Positions 40,613 to 51,283 of a stretch of DNA of 64,000 nucleotides are shown in pieces. Source of the DNA: Nitrospirota bacterium (GTDB lineage: Bacteria; Nitrospirota; UBA9217); contig CAVVUN010000003.1 of assembly GCA_963751455.1 (NCBI GenBank), positions 192,001 to 256,000 of the forward strand. Direction: 5' to 3'. The notes under the pieces are model-generated. The model had not been told where the DNA came from and did not search any database. It saw nothing but the letters and a program-made list of their open reading frames with translations. The translations under genes and the position numbers were made by a program. Every line of letters starts with the position of its first letter. The first letter of the stretch is position 1.

Positions 40613-41491
40613 ATGATTAACCGTTGTAACGCACTTATCAGGGCATCCTTGTTGCTCCTTGCTTGTTTAGTCATAAGCGTCGTATCGCTTCAGACAGCGA
40701 GCGCCTTTGCCGATGATGAGAACCAGGACCATCTTCCTGCCCGGTATTCGAGCGAAGCTGACTCGTTCCACTCCTACCTGCCTTCATACATGGGCTATTC
40801 GCTGGACAATTCAGTTCCCGGCAATAAAGGAGAGCTCAAGTTCCAGTTCAGCGTGAAATACGAACTCATCGCCGATACTGACTGGTATTTCGGGTATACC
40901 CAGAAGTCTTTCTGGAGCATCAGAAAGGAATCCGCTCCATTCCGCGAAACGAATTTTTCCCCGGAGACGTTCTGGCTCTATAAGCCGGAAGGAATTTCCT
41001 GGCTCCCGGTGGTCCAGGTAGGAATGTATCGCCATGAATCCACAGGAGAGGACGGAAACGGCTCCCGGGGATGGGACCTCACGTATCTTGAGCCGGCTTT
41101 TCACTGGAACGGAATCTATGTAATCGCGAGGGTATGGGCGCCTTCCGTGGTCCAGGGCTTCAACAAGACCAAGGCCGCCCCTGACAACCCCGACATATTC
41201 AAATACCAGGGATATGGAAGACTGACCGTGATCTACGGAAACGACAGCGATGTCCAGCTTTCCCTTTCCCTCCAGCACGCGCCTACGGACAACAGCATCG
41301 CCTGGGAAAGTCAGGCCGATGTGCCCTGGAAGACTGTCGCGAAAATACTGAGGCCTCTTTTCGGCATTGACTATATACCCAAGTGGAATCCGTCATATTT
41401 CATTCAGGCGCGAAACGGGTACGGGGAAGGGCTTAAAACCTACAATGTCAAAACCTCGAGTGTGGTCTTCGGTGTATCGCTGGTGAGGTAA
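40613..41491 (+). CDS. pldA: Outer-membrane phospholipase A (OMPLA/PLA1 family)
   Basis: KFQFSVK; YTQKSFW; SAPFRETNFSPE; HESTG catalytic motif; GYGEGL..YN. Confidence 0.85.
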   Translation: MINRCNALIRASLLLLACLVISVVSLQTASAFADDENQDHLPARYSSEADSFHSYLPSYMGYSLDNSVPGNKGELKFQFSVKYELIADTDWYFGYTQKSFWSIRKESAPFRETNFSPETFWLYKPEGISWLPVVQVGMYRHESTGEDGNGSRGWDLTYLEPAFHWNGIYVIARVWAPSVVQGFNKTKAAPDNPDIFKYQGYGRLTVIYGNDSDVQLSLSLQHAPTDNSIAWESQADVPWKTVAKILRPLFGIDYIPKWNPSYFIQARNGYGEGLKTYNVKTSSVVFGVSLVR

Positions 41492-41529
41492 TACCGGGAT
41501 ATCGGCGAGACCTTGGGCCAAGGCAGATC

Positions 41530-42582
41530 ATGGAAAAAGATTTTCATTACTGTTTAATCCGGGTATTGGCTGGGAAAGCAGGCTTCAACCGGGAGGAAGC
41601 CCAGGTCATTGCCTATGCGTCTCAGTATGTCGATGATTCAGTCGAAAATCAGCCCCTCTCAATCGATAATATCCCGGATCTCGTTTTTCCCCGCCTGAAT
41701 GTCGAGAACGGCACGTTCGATCCCATCTGTACTGCTCACAGGGGCATCCAGTATCTGACGGGCATGACGAAGCACGTTCAGATGAAAGTCTATATCCCCT
41801 TTCACTTTATCCCGCCTGTCGAATACTCCGGAAACGGAGCATATGAATACTGCACGTCGCCCAACAGCACGATCGCCGGCGATCTTGTAAGGCACGCAAT
41901 TACAGAACTCAAGGATGATGGCAGCAATCGCGTTCAAAAACTCGTCAAGCTCGGCATCGCGCTCCATTCGTTTGCCGACACCTGGGCGCACCAGCGATTT
42001 TCTGGCCGCTGGAGCGCAAGGGACAATGATATTGACCGTATAGCTCTGTTCCGGAACAAAAAGTGGAAGGCCCTGAAGCATCTCGACCGGCTGAAAACAA
42101 ACATCATGCCCGACGTGGGACATGCGGAAGCGATGACGTATCCCGATCAGTCTCACCTTAAATGGCGGTACGAGCACGGCCACTCCGGGCTCGATCACGA
42201 ACGCAATAATACCCTGATTTTCCTTGAGGCAGGGCATGCTGTTTTTCAGCTGCTCTGCGATGCCGCTGGAACATCAGGGAACTGGAAGGAGCATCTGGAA
42301 AAAATCAGAAAATGTCTCTCGGTTCCGGCTGATTCCGTAAAACGGAAATTTTTCCGGTATGTCAAGCTGTTTCCCGAGATCTCATTCAGTTATCACGAGA
42401 ACGAGTGGAGAGAGAGCGCCCTCGAGGGGGAGCGGTTCAATTGGATCGATTTCAGCAGGGACGATTATTCCGGGGTTACCTACACCTTCAAAGGCAGCGA
42501 CTTGAGATGGTTTTATTTCCATATGGAAGCGTACGCGCAGAGAGAATACGTCAAAAGCAAAATCAAAGGAGATCTTTTATGA
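41530..42582 (+). CDS. Conserved protein (DUF6765-like; His/Asp motifs reminiscent of PLC/P1-nuclease fold)
   Basis: MEKDFHY...AGF...IAYASQYVDD...PFHFIP...GIALHSFADTWAHQ.FSG...VGHAEA. Confidence 0.65.
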   Translation: MEKDFHYCLIRVLAGKAGFNREEAQVIAYASQYVDDSVENQPLSIDNIPDLVFPRLNVENGTFDPICTAHRGIQYLTGMTKHVQMKVYIPFHFIPPVEYSGNGAYEYCTSPNSTIAGDLVRHAITELKDDGSNRVQKLVKLGIALHSFADTWAHQRFSGRWSARDNDIDRIALFRNKKWKALKHLDRLKTNIMPDVGHAEAMTYPDQSHLKWRYEHGHSGLDHERNNTLIFLEAGHAVFQLLCDAAGTSGNWKEHLEKIRKCLSVPADSVKRKFFRYVKLFPEISFSYHENEWRESALEGERFNWIDFSRDDYSGVTYTFKGSDLRWFYFHMEAYAQREYVKSKIKGDLL

Positions 42583-42607
42583 ATTCCGGCAGAAACAAGG
42601 GGGTGCT

Positions 42608-43118
42608 ATGAGCAAATTCACGAAAGTTCTGGTGGTTTCGCCGTACCAGGACGGCAAGACCTGGTACCTCCGGAGAGCGTTCGGGTATGACCGCGGCGCG
42701 GAAAGCAGCCGGCAGTACGATCATGGTCCCGGTCGGCTTCACGACCGACTTCGCGAGCATTCCGCGGATCTTTTGGATCGTCCTGCCGAAATGGGGAAAG
42801 TACGGCAACGCCGCCGTCATTCATGATTACCTCTACTACGATCAGAAACTGACAAGGAAGGAAGCCGACGATGTGCTGCTCGAAGCCATGGGCGTCCTCG
42901 AAGTGCCGCAATGGCAGCGCTGCTCCATTTACCGCGCTGTCCGATGGTTCGGATCCCTTGCATGGTCGCTCAACAATAGGAAGAAGGCGGCCGGCTACTC
43001 AAAAGTCTCGGAGACCGCGCCTGTCAAAGCAACGGACAAACCGTCGCATTGGAAGATAGAAAAAAAAGAGTGGGTACGGATTGTATTCGGGAGAAGGAAA
43101 GCGCAGCATCATGCTTGA
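42608..43118 (+). CDS. DUF1353-domain protein; frameshift ~42708
   Basis: MSKFT...DGKTW in frame 1, then VPVGFTTDFASIPR...AAVIHDYLY...EADDVLLEAM...YRAVRWFG. Confidence 0.8.
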
Positions 43119-44172
43119 AAGACGCCCCTATAAACCATACAACCTTTTCCAAAAGCTATTTACCCTTTTAGCAGCGCTTTTTTTGCTTATAACGGGATCT
43201 GCTTTTGAAACCGCGCCTGCCGCGAAGCAGGAAGCAGGGAAAAGGAGAATGGTTCGGCAGGAGAATTTTCTTCTTCGCGCCTACGAAGAGCTCGACAAGT
43301 CCCTGGAATATCAAAAGGCCGTCATCGTAAGACTGGAAAAACGGAATCTGGCCGGAGCAGGAGCAGATTTAAAGCAGTATCTGGACTGGCAGCGAACCTG
43401 TGCTGCCTGGCTCAGGGAGCGGCTCTCGGAATCCGGATCCGATCTCGAGAACTTCTATTCTCACAAAATGATCAGACCGTTCCTTGCCGCCCGTCACTCT
43501 GCAATGGCTGAGGATTATACCCGGCTTAAGAGTGAACTCTCGCAGATGATGCTGCAGCTGGAAGAGGCAAAAGTACTGAATGCCGCTGAAATTCAGAAGC
43601 TGCTCAGAATTATCGAGTTCTACGAGTATCTGAACGAGCAGACCCTGAAAAAAAAGATTGCTGATGAAAAGCGGATTCCTGATCGAAAACCGCCCGATGG
43701 CTGGACATTTTTTTCCGGGGGCCTTAATGACGATAAGATCGAGCAGATGGGGCTCAAGATCAAAAAGCTCGACGAACTGCAGAAAGAACTGGACGACATG
43801 CTGGAGTTCGGAAACTACGAGTTACACTGGCTGGTGCTGAAGAGCGGGGACAGCGCCGCAATAAGCAGCGTTGCCGATGCCCTTGCGACAGACTCACTGG
43901 ATGAGATCGAGATCGCCTCGACCCGCATGATCAGCCGATATGAGTCCGATATCTCTTTTATCGATAAGAAACTCGGAGAAATGGACGGAAAGCGGCTAGG
44001 CCTGGCGCCGGGAACAGGGACGATGAGAACAATCGACCGCCGGGAAGAACTTTGGGACTATTACTGGACCATGAAGGACAGATTCGAGCATCACAAACAG
44101 TGGCTGAAAGAACAGGTCGGCGGTTACCGGGCGGACATAGTGCTGCTTTCTAAAGAGAAGAGTGAAAAGTAA
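43111..44172 (+). CDS. Exported helical/coiled-coil hypothetical protein
   Basis: N-terminal hydrophobic segment; long heptad-rich ORF overlapping the previous stop. Confidence 0.7.
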   Translation: MLERRPYKPYNLFQKLFTLLAALFLLITGSAFETAPAAKQEAGKRRMVRQENFLLRAYEELDKSLEYQKAVIVRLEKRNLAGAGADLKQYLDWQRTCAAWLRERLSESGSDLENFYSHKMIRPFLAARHSAMAEDYTRLKSELSQMMLQLEEAKVLNAAEIQKLLRIIEFYEYLNEQTLKKKIADEKRIPDRKPPDGWTFFSGGLNDDKIEQMGLKIKKLDELQKELDDMLEFGNYELHWLVLKSGDSAAISSVADALATDSLDEIEIASTRMISRYESDISFIDKKLGEMDGKRLGLAPGTGTMRTIDRREELWDYYWTMKDRFEHHKQWLKEQVGGYRADIVLLSKEKSEK

Positions 44173-44344
44173 AATCTTCATTTCGGACTCTGTCCTAAAG
44201 CACAACAAACAGAGAAACCTTAACTTCATGCCATGGAGTTCAAGGTTTTTTTTATTTTTCTGCAGCTGTATTTGACCTGCCCAAACCCCGGGCAGCTCGA
44301 GTACGACAAACATCAAACCGGGCATGCAAAGCACAAAAACCAGG

Positions 44345-44625
44345 GATCGTGGACTTCATGCAATGAAGTTCGGGATACTTTTCTTTTTTCTGCACCGCCG
44401 TTCACATTGCCGCGCAGACATGCCAGACTACTCGCAGTTTTATCCGTCAGTACAGCTTTCCATAGCGCTGAGCTTCGTTGCACTGCGCACGCGCATGCAC
44501 GATTTGTGGCCTGCGACTCTGCTACCGGTATGTAAAGCGCGGCCGGTGCTCACGCCCTACTCTCGCGCTGCAGACTCGAAGTCGTTGGGTGCAGGCGGGA
44601 TGCAGGGGATTCTGGAAAGGCAAAT
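44345..44625 (-). repeat. Dispersed mosaic repeat, copy B (reverse); extra end fragment at 44691-44720
   Basis: CTCACGCCCTACTCTCGCGC...CTCGAAGTCGTTGGGTGCAGGCGGGATGCAGGGG. Confidence 0.85.
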
Positions 44626-44861
44626 TTAAACACAACAAATTTGCACTTTGCAATTTACAATTTGCATTTTTCAATGTTCTTTCGTATCTGTGGGATGCAG
44701 GGGTGTTGGGAAAAACAAACTAAAACATAACAAATTTGCACTTTGCAATTTACAATTCCAATGTTTTTGTGATTTTATCAAACTCTGTCTTGCGTAAAAC
44801 CAGGTTTTGGTTTAATTTATAAAGCAATTCAAATTGAAAGGCAGCTCCGAAACAACAAGAC

Positions 44862-45575
44862 ATGAAAAGAATAATCTTCGCAATCACACTGGTGCTGGTC
44901 GTAAGCGTGTTACAGGGTTGTTTGCTGACCCGGCTCCACGAGACACAGAAGCAGGTATGCACAAGAAAAACAAGGCTGGAGATGACCCGTGACGGAATGG
45001 CGATTGTGTTTCATCAGCCGCTTTTGACACGCGAGGACATTATCGCAATCCTGGGAGCAAAGCCCGATGCAGTCCCGGAAACAACTGAACTGCTTTACAC
45101 CGCCCGGAATAAAAATGACGAGGCATACAGCTTTCCCGTCACATTTCAGTTCAGCAGCTCCGCCAAACAAGTTAAATTAACGAAGATGAGTATTGGAAAA
45201 AGATTCCAGGATCTTCTGTCCGAAGAATTGCTGCGTAAAATATTCGATGCGGGCTGCAGCGCAAAAAGAAACGGCCTGGGCATCGAGGTTGATCTATCCG
45301 GAGTGCCGAAGGAAAAATTGCCGAACGTGGAGGTTATAAAGACGTTACTGGGTCAGCCTGCCGCTGCCGCGGGGACCACTGCCACGTATAATTATGAACT
45401 GAATCGCACTGACATGGCGGAAATCATTATCTCTTATGATAATGAGCTGAACAGAATGACCGGCGCCGCTGTTTCGTTTCAGAGATATAGTCTTGTTTTC
45501 GATTTTACTAAAGATGTTGCCACAGGCAGGTTGAAGAGCTTTTCAGATGCAGTCAGATTGGGCTTCAAGCCATAG
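44862..45575 (+). CDS. Hypothetical lipoprotein
   Basis: Lipobox LQGC. Confidence 0.75.
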   Translation: MKRIIFAITLVLVVSVLQGCLLTRLHETQKQVCTRKTRLEMTRDGMAIVFHQPLLTREDIIAILGAKPDAVPETTELLYTARNKNDEAYSFPVTFQFSSSAKQVKLTKMSIGKRFQDLLSEELLRKIFDAGCSAKRNGLGIEVDLSGVPKEKLPNVEVIKTLLGQPAAAAGTTATYNYELNRTDMAEIIISYDNELNRMTGAAVSFQRYSLVFDFTKDVATGRLKSFSDAVRLGFKP

Positions 45576-45610
45576 GTCTTAGCCGATTTCCGTCTCCGCG
45601 TCCGACTCAC

Positions 45611-46174
45611 CTACGCTGCCGCTGCCCGCTCCTTCAGGCTGAGATACTGCTCGAGGTCCTTGACAAGTTCCGTGTACCTGTCCTGCGTGAAGTTTCTGTC
45701 GAACTCCCGCAATTGTTCTAGCATCGATGCCTGTTCCTTGTCGCTCAGATACCTCAGGGAGTGAATGAAAAAAAGTTTGTCTTCTTTTTCGATATGGGCA
45801 GGATACAATATCAGCAGCATTTCTATATAGTTTGTAATGTCATTGAGGGTAACGTACGCCTGCTCCCGGTACCTGACTACCTTTTCCAGCATTTGGACGA
45901 TATTTCTCGCGCGGTTGTGTTCGTCCATCAATTCCCCCATTACGATTCGGTCTTCCTGGGAAAGGGGTTTTTTATCAAGCTCCCTGAAAAGGATATTCTC
46001 CTCTTTGCCATGGTGAAATTCATCGATGTAGGTATTAAAGAAATCCACACCGATCCTGACCGCGCCATAATCAACATGTCCGGTTTTGATCATTCGCTGA
46101 CGCTCCCCTGCAATCACTTTCAGCATCCGCTCGATGGTCCTGTGCTCGATCATAAGGGGTCCTGTGAGTTTCAT
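45611..46174 (-). CDS. Hemerythrin (HHE) domain protein
   Basis: LMIEH; HHGKEENILF; DEH; HIEKED. Confidence 0.9.
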   Translation of the reverse strand: MKLTGPLMIEHRTIERMLKVIAGERQRMIKTGHVDYGAVRIGVDFFNTYIDEFHHGKEENILFRELDKKPLSQEDRIVMGELMDEHNRARNIVQMLEKVVRYREQAYVTLNDITNYIEMLLILYPAHIEKEDKLFFIHSLRYLSDKEQASMLEQLREFDRNFTQDRYTELVKDLEQYLSLKERAAAA

Positions 46175-46508
46175 AGCCGCTCCTTGCTTTTTTTAATTCC
46201 ATTTCGCAAAGATGCACACAAGCATGTTTCTTATAAGAATCGTATCATACTGTGAATCTTCATGCAGCATAATCCGCATCCAGCTCGCAACAGTATCCGT
46301 TTCTCATAGAATAGTCTTAGGAGAGTAACCAAAATCATTGCATTGAAGCAAATATTAGACTAAATTTGTCTTAGAGTTCGAATTTGTGCAAGTAGCCTTG
46401 TTTAGTTTGCGTTCGTTATTTGGGTTTGCTTCCTAAAACTTCTGCAGCCCGCAGATCGGATGAACATGCAAATTAAAAATTGTAAACTGAAAATTTGTTA
46501 TATTTATA

Positions 46509-46780
46509 TTTGCCTTTCCAGAACCCCCTGCATCCCGTGAACAGGGATATGCTTTGTCATGCGCTGAAAAACATTGTGATATCGATCAGCCAAACAGCAC
46601 AGCGAAGCAGGGCCTAGCGTGAGTGCTGCGAGAGGGCGTAACGATTAGTAGATGGTGAAGGCAATCTGGCATGCTTGCATGGACCTGTGAACGGCGGTGC
46701 AGAAAAAAGAAAAGAATCTTGCCTGCGGCCAGTGCTTATGAGTGCATAGCGCGAATACAGGCTGCACTTCATGGCATGAT
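46509..46780 (+). repeat. Dispersed mosaic repeat, copy D (ends conserved, interior replaced)
   Basis: TTTGCCTTTCCAGAACCCCCTGCATCCCG ... AACGGCGGTGCAGAAAAAAG ... CACTTCATGGCATGA. Confidence 0.7.
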
Positions 46781-46822
46781 GTTTTTGGAGACGATACATA
46801 ATCTGTTTCCTGGATTTAATCA

Positions 46823-48130
46823 ATGATCAACATGACCCCCGCGAACATGTCCAAAAACGAAAGACATCCCCCCGGACTCTACGTCCTCTTTTTTACCGAA
46901 ATGTGGGAGCGCTTTTCCTACTACGGGATGCGGTCTCTTCTGGTCTACTACATGATCAAGCATCTGCAGTTCACGCAGGAACGCTCGTCCGAGATATACG
47001 GGCTCTACACCGGGTTCGTCTACTTCACCCCGCTGTTCGGCGGCATGCTCGCGGACCGGCTCCTCGGCCAGCGCAGGACCGTGGTCCTGGGAGCAGTACT
47101 CATGGCCATCGGGCATTTCCTGATGGCCGTTGAAAGCCTGTTCTTCCCGGCCCTGCTTTTCCTGATTCTCGGAAACGGGGCCTTTAAGCCGAATATCTCG
47201 ACCCAGGTCGGGGCGCTGTATGCCGCCGGCGACCATCGCCGTGACCGTGCTTTCAGCCTTTTCTACATGGGAATAAACCTGGGCGCGTTCTTTTCACCGC
47301 TCGTGTGCGGGACCCTCGGCGAGAAAATCGGGTACCACTGGGGCTTTGGCGCTGCCGGTGTCGGCATGCTGATCGGGCTTCTTGTGTATCTCCGGGGACA
47401 GAAGCACCTTGCGCCGGACCTCGTCATGCAGAAAAAGCAATCCGGCAGGACGAAGGCAGCAGAGCGGATGACCCGGGAGGACTGGCTCAAGATCGGGGCG
47501 ATCTTCGTCATGATGGCGCTCTGCATTGTTTTTTGGAGCGTGTACGAGCAGCAGGGCAATACCATGGCGCTCTGGGCCGATGCAAACACGGACCGCATGA
47601 TCTTCGGCTGGGAGATGCCTGCCTCGTGGTTTCAATCCTTCAACCCGCTCATGATCTTCATTTTCGTTCCTGTGCTGAACATGGTATGGTCCCGGCAGGA
47701 CCACCGCGGAAAAGAACCTTCGAGCATCGCCAAGATGGGGATCGGCTGCATTCTGCTTAGCGGGGGCTTTCTGATCCTGATTCCGCCGGCCATGGAACTG
47801 GCGCACAACCCCAGGGCCAGCCTCTGGTGGCTCACCGCCTGCACGTTCATGCTCACGATCGGCGAGATATATCTTTCTCCCATCGGCCTTTCGCTCGTGA
47901 CCAAAATCGCTCCTGCCAGGATCGTCTCCATGATGATGGGCGTGTGGTTTCTCTCCAGTTTTTTCGGCAACTACCTGTCCGGGTATCTGGGGACGTTCTG
48001 GGAAAAAATGCCGAGGGAGAATTTCTTTCTTCTGATGTTCAGCCTGTCCTTCGCTGCCGGCCTCGCGTTCTTTGCCCTGCTGAAGCCGCTGAAGAACGCA
48101 ATTGGAAAGGCCGACGTTGGACTGCGTTGA
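46823..48130 (+). CDS. POT/PTR-family peptide:H+ symporter
   Basis: EMWERFSYYGM; GGMLADR; FKPN; FYMGINLG; QSFNP; GEIYLSP. Confidence 0.95.
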   Translation: MINMTPANMSKNERHPPGLYVLFFTEMWERFSYYGMRSLLVYYMIKHLQFTQERSSEIYGLYTGFVYFTPLFGGMLADRLLGQRRTVVLGAVLMAIGHFLMAVESLFFPALLFLILGNGAFKPNISTQVGALYAAGDHRRDRAFSLFYMGINLGAFFSPLVCGTLGEKIGYHWGFGAAGVGMLIGLLVYLRGQKHLAPDLVMQKKQSGRTKAAERMTREDWLKIGAIFVMMALCIVFWSVYEQQGNTMALWADANTDRMIFGWEMPASWFQSFNPLMIFIFVPVLNMVWSRQDHRGKEPSSIAKMGIGCILLSGGFLILIPPAMELAHNPRASLWWLTACTFMLTIGEIYLSPIGLSLVTKIAPARIVSMMMGVWFLSSFFGNYLSGYLGTFWEKMPRENFFLLMFSLSFAAGLAFFALLKPLKNAIGKADVGLR

Positions 48131-48237
48131 AATAGCGCATGCTATTATTACGCTATGTGTTATAATGTGAAAAAATAGATTATCATGGCTTCAACCGTCG
48201 CTTCTTAGTCGGATCCATAAAAAACCCAGGAGGCCTC

Positions 48238-48678
48238 ATGAAAAAAACAAGCGTTACCATCGCAATGCTCTTCATTCTCTGCAGCACCGTATCAGCAGCA
48301 GAACATTTCGGCATCCCGGTCTATCCCGGTGCGCAAACCGACGCCGCAGCTAAGGGCTATTGCGCTTTATTCGGACCGGAATCGATACGCCAGACCCGGG
48401 AAATGTTCAAAGGAGCAGTCGACGGCGGCACGTTCTGCTATCATACGGGTGACGACTTCAACAAGGTTGTTGATTATTACCGGAAACAAAAAGACGTGGA
48501 GCCCCTCGGCGCCCCGAGCGTGCGCGGATCCAACAAAGCCATGATATTCTGTAAAACGGGCATGCAGTGCGCCAGCCTGGGCGACGGAGTGGATATATCG
48601 ATCTCAACGCCGTGGTCTGTGGGTGCGACTGTTTACAAGGATGTTCTGATCACGTTCAGGAAGGCCTCGCCAAAATAA
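48238..48678 (+). CDS. Secreted hypothetical protein
   Basis: AGGAGG RBS; signal peptide; GIPVYPGA motif. Confidence 0.75.
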   Translation: MKKTSVTIAMLFILCSTVSAAEHFGIPVYPGAQTDAAAKGYCALFGPESIRQTREMFKGAVDGGTFCYHTGDDFNKVVDYYRKQKDVEPLGAPSVRGSNKAMIFCKTGMQCASLGDGVDISISTPWSVGATVYKDVLITFRKASPK

Positions 48679-48733
48679 CTTGAAGGTACGGACAAAGGCC
48701 GACTCGGTGCCGGAGCAGCTACCGGGCGACGTG

Positions 48734-48780
48734 CCCCTCACCTTTATCATCTCCCAGAGGGGAGAGGGTAGGGTGAGGGG
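48734..48780. repeat. REP-like GC-rich hairpin
   Basis: CCCCTCACC...TCTCCC-AGAG-GGGAGA...GGTGAGGGG. Confidence 0.65.
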
Positions 48781-48818
48781 GACTGACTTTGAATCTATGA
48801 GAAAACCGGAGGGAATAA

Positions 48819-49034
48819 ATGGCAGATAAAGCAGCAGCAATTCCATGTCCTGAATGCAGCGGTAAAGGCTCCATAACGTGTACCGTCTGCAAGGGGCAGG
48901 GAAAACAATACAGTTCCAATGCCTCTCAACGTCCTTGTCCGAATTGTCACGGCACGGGAAAAAACGTCTGTCCCGGCTGCCGGGGCGCGAGGAAGATATA
49001 CGCCGACGAGAAGCGATCGAACGCGACAGGGTGA
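48819..49034 (+). CDS. Small DnaJ-like zinc-finger protein
   Basis: Four CxxCxGxG-type motifs; GGAGG RBS. Confidence 0.75.
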   Translation: MADKAAAIPCPECSGKGSITCTVCKGQGKQYSSNASQRPCPNCHGTGKNVCPGCRGARKIYADEKRSNATG

Positions 49035-49225
49035 CGTAGGGCCGACGAGAGGCGACCGGACCCGACCGTGACGGGGAGTGGAAGGCGGCGATTCCCTCGT
49101 CGCTTTTCAGCCTCCGTGTCACCGCGTCGTTTTTTCTCTGACACTCTGCCACTCTTACACTGATTTTGAATTATCTGAACGCTGACAGCTTCTTCTCACA
49201 CACTTGCAACTTTAAGGAGGCTCTA

Positions 49226-49753
49226 ATGGGAAGCCTGGTCAAGGGAGATCTTGTGCGACATGAACGGTACGGTATCGGCCGTATCGAGGAAACAGCCGGT
49301 GCAGGGGCCGCCATTGAGTGTACGATCTATTTCCCGCGGCTCGATAAAAATGCAGTAACGCCGGAAGAAGAGCTTCAGGTTCTGTCCGAGGCCGAGACGA
49401 CTGCTTACGAGATGATGAAGCTCGCCGTGTACGAAATCAGGAACGAAGAGCTTCCCGGGATGGAGTTAGGGGCGCGCTGGAAGGGCGGCGAAATGGTTCT
49501 CAAGCCCGGAGATCCGAACCTGGCAACCAAGATGATTCCGATTGAAACGTTCTTCCATAAAATCGTGATGGTTCGTGATCGCCTGCGTGTCATGGAGGCC
49601 CAGATTAATGCGCATAAGGTCCTGACCGATAGTGAAAAGGTTGACTTGCAGCAATACATCACCCGCATCTACGGCTCTCTCACGTCGTTCAATGTCCTGT
49701 TCAGGGATAAGGAGAATTATTTCGTCGGGCAGAAAGACACAAGTAAAAATTAA
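49226..49753 (+). CDS. Conserved hypothetical protein
   Basis: AAGGAGG RBS; FFHKIVMVRDRLRV...LQQYITRIYGSLTSFNVLF. Confidence 0.8.
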   Translation: MGSLVKGDLVRHERYGIGRIEETAGAGAAIECTIYFPRLDKNAVTPEEELQVLSEAETTAYEMMKLAVYEIRNEELPGMELGARWKGGEMVLKPGDPNLATKMIPIETFFHKIVMVRDRLRVMEAQINAHKVLTDSEKVDLQQYITRIYGSLTSFNVLFRDKENYFVGQKDTSKN

Positions 49754-50090
49754 GAAATGCAGAATTAGGAAGTAAAAAACACCCCTTTTCATAATTCTTA
49801 CTTTTAACTTTTTACTTGATGTGGACATAATTCTTAATTTTAACTTCTTAATTTAGCTGCCGCTCTGACACTGATTTTGATTCTGACCGCTGAACGCTGA
49901 TAGCTATTTCTCTGACCCTCTGACACTTTGACACTCTGATACTGTTCCTGGTTCGCCCCCCCGTCGCCCCCCGTCGCTTCTCTGTCGTTTCCCTGTCAGC
50001 TCTACGTCAGCTCTAGCACTGCCTCCTGCCTCCAATCTGAACTTTAAGACTTATCTTGACCGGAACTACGAAAAGAGTTAGTATTTTAGT

Positions 50091-50513
50091 ATGAAGAAAC
50101 AAGTGGAGTATCTGCAGAAGTTGTTTTACGATATTTGGAGCGATTTCGGATGCGTTTACCTCGTCGTGAAGCATTCAGGCAAAACAAGGATCGGCAAACG
50201 AGGCTTTACTGAAGAAGAAAAGAAAAAGGGCATGATCCTCGTCTTTAACAACAAAACCAATAACACGTTAGACTGGGACACTGACGGAAACCTCACCTGC
50301 GTCCTCGCCTTTGGCGCGCGCAAGGAAGACATCTACGTTGATCACGATGATCTTGTCGGTGTGTTTTCGCAGGAAGCAGGGGTGCACTTTCTCAGGAGCG
50401 ATGAGAGCCAGGAACCTGCAGTATCGCCCCAAACGGATGCAGAGCATATTGATTCCAAGCAGGTTGTTTCTATGAGCAATTTCAAGAAGCGGAAGTCAAG
50501 CGAGAAACAGTGA
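50091..50513 (+). CDS. Putative SspB-like (ClpXP adaptor-like) protein
   Basis: LDWD..GNLTCVLAFG...IYV...LVGVF core and VVSMSNFKKRK tail. Confidence 0.5.
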   Translation: MKKQVEYLQKLFYDIWSDFGCVYLVVKHSGKTRIGKRGFTEEEKKKGMILVFNNKTNNTLDWDTDGNLTCVLAFGARKEDIYVDHDDLVGVFSQEAGVHFLRSDESQEPAVSPQTDAEHIDSKQVVSMSNFKKRKSSEKQ

Positions 50514-50863
50514 CGTTTTGCTTGGTCGATTTTCTAAATCCTGCATCATGAATCATGCATAGTGTATCAATTCCCATTCCGCACTCTCATTTCAAGGCTT
50601 CCTCCGCGCGAGATAAGTCTTAAATCATGCATCGTGCATCACTCCGTAATCCGCTCTAAATAGCTTTATCAAACCCTTTTAATTTGTTACATTCTATGCT
50701 ATTCTTGACCGAGATTGCGGTACAGTTATCGTCCGCTCTCTAACAGAGCCGGAAATCCCTCACGCTTGCCCACCAGCGCTTTCCTTGATTCTGAATTTGT
50801 TTATCTGATCGCTTTTTCTCTGACACTCTGACACTAATTTGACTGCGCTGACTGAATTCTGCT

Positions 50864-51004
50864 ATGGAAAAAGACAACCAAACCCCATCTGAACAGCAGG
50901 ACCATGAAAAGAGCCATGGCCTCCTGAACATCCTGAAGCTGTTATTTCTCGTCGCAGTCCTGGTAGGCGCTTGGTTTCTGCTTGATTGGCTCATAAACGG
51001 CTGA
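50864..51004 (+). CDS. Small single-TM membrane protein, 46 aa (not in ORF track)
   Basis: MEKDNQTPSEQQDHEKSHGLLNILKLLFLVAVLVGAWFLLDWLING*. Confidence 0.55.
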   Translation: MEKDNQTPSEQQDHEKSHGLLNILKLLFLVAVLVGAWFLLDWLING

Positions 51005-51283
51005 TTCGGCAGCAACGTATAGACCAAAATGAAGAAGGAAGAAAACGATTTTCGCAAGCGGACGAAACTGAGGGTACCACGGAGAGCACATCAATTTCCC
51101 ACGAGATGGATCAGTGAAATCAAATGGATTTAATATTCAGGATTCCCTCTGCGATCTCTCTGGTTTATATTTATAGTCTGCGTTCCTCCGGAAAAAGATT
51201 AAAGAAATAAATAGGGACTTAAATAAAGGACATCCTCTGCGATCTCCGTGTTTAATTTTTTCTTAACGAAAGGACCGTTGACA

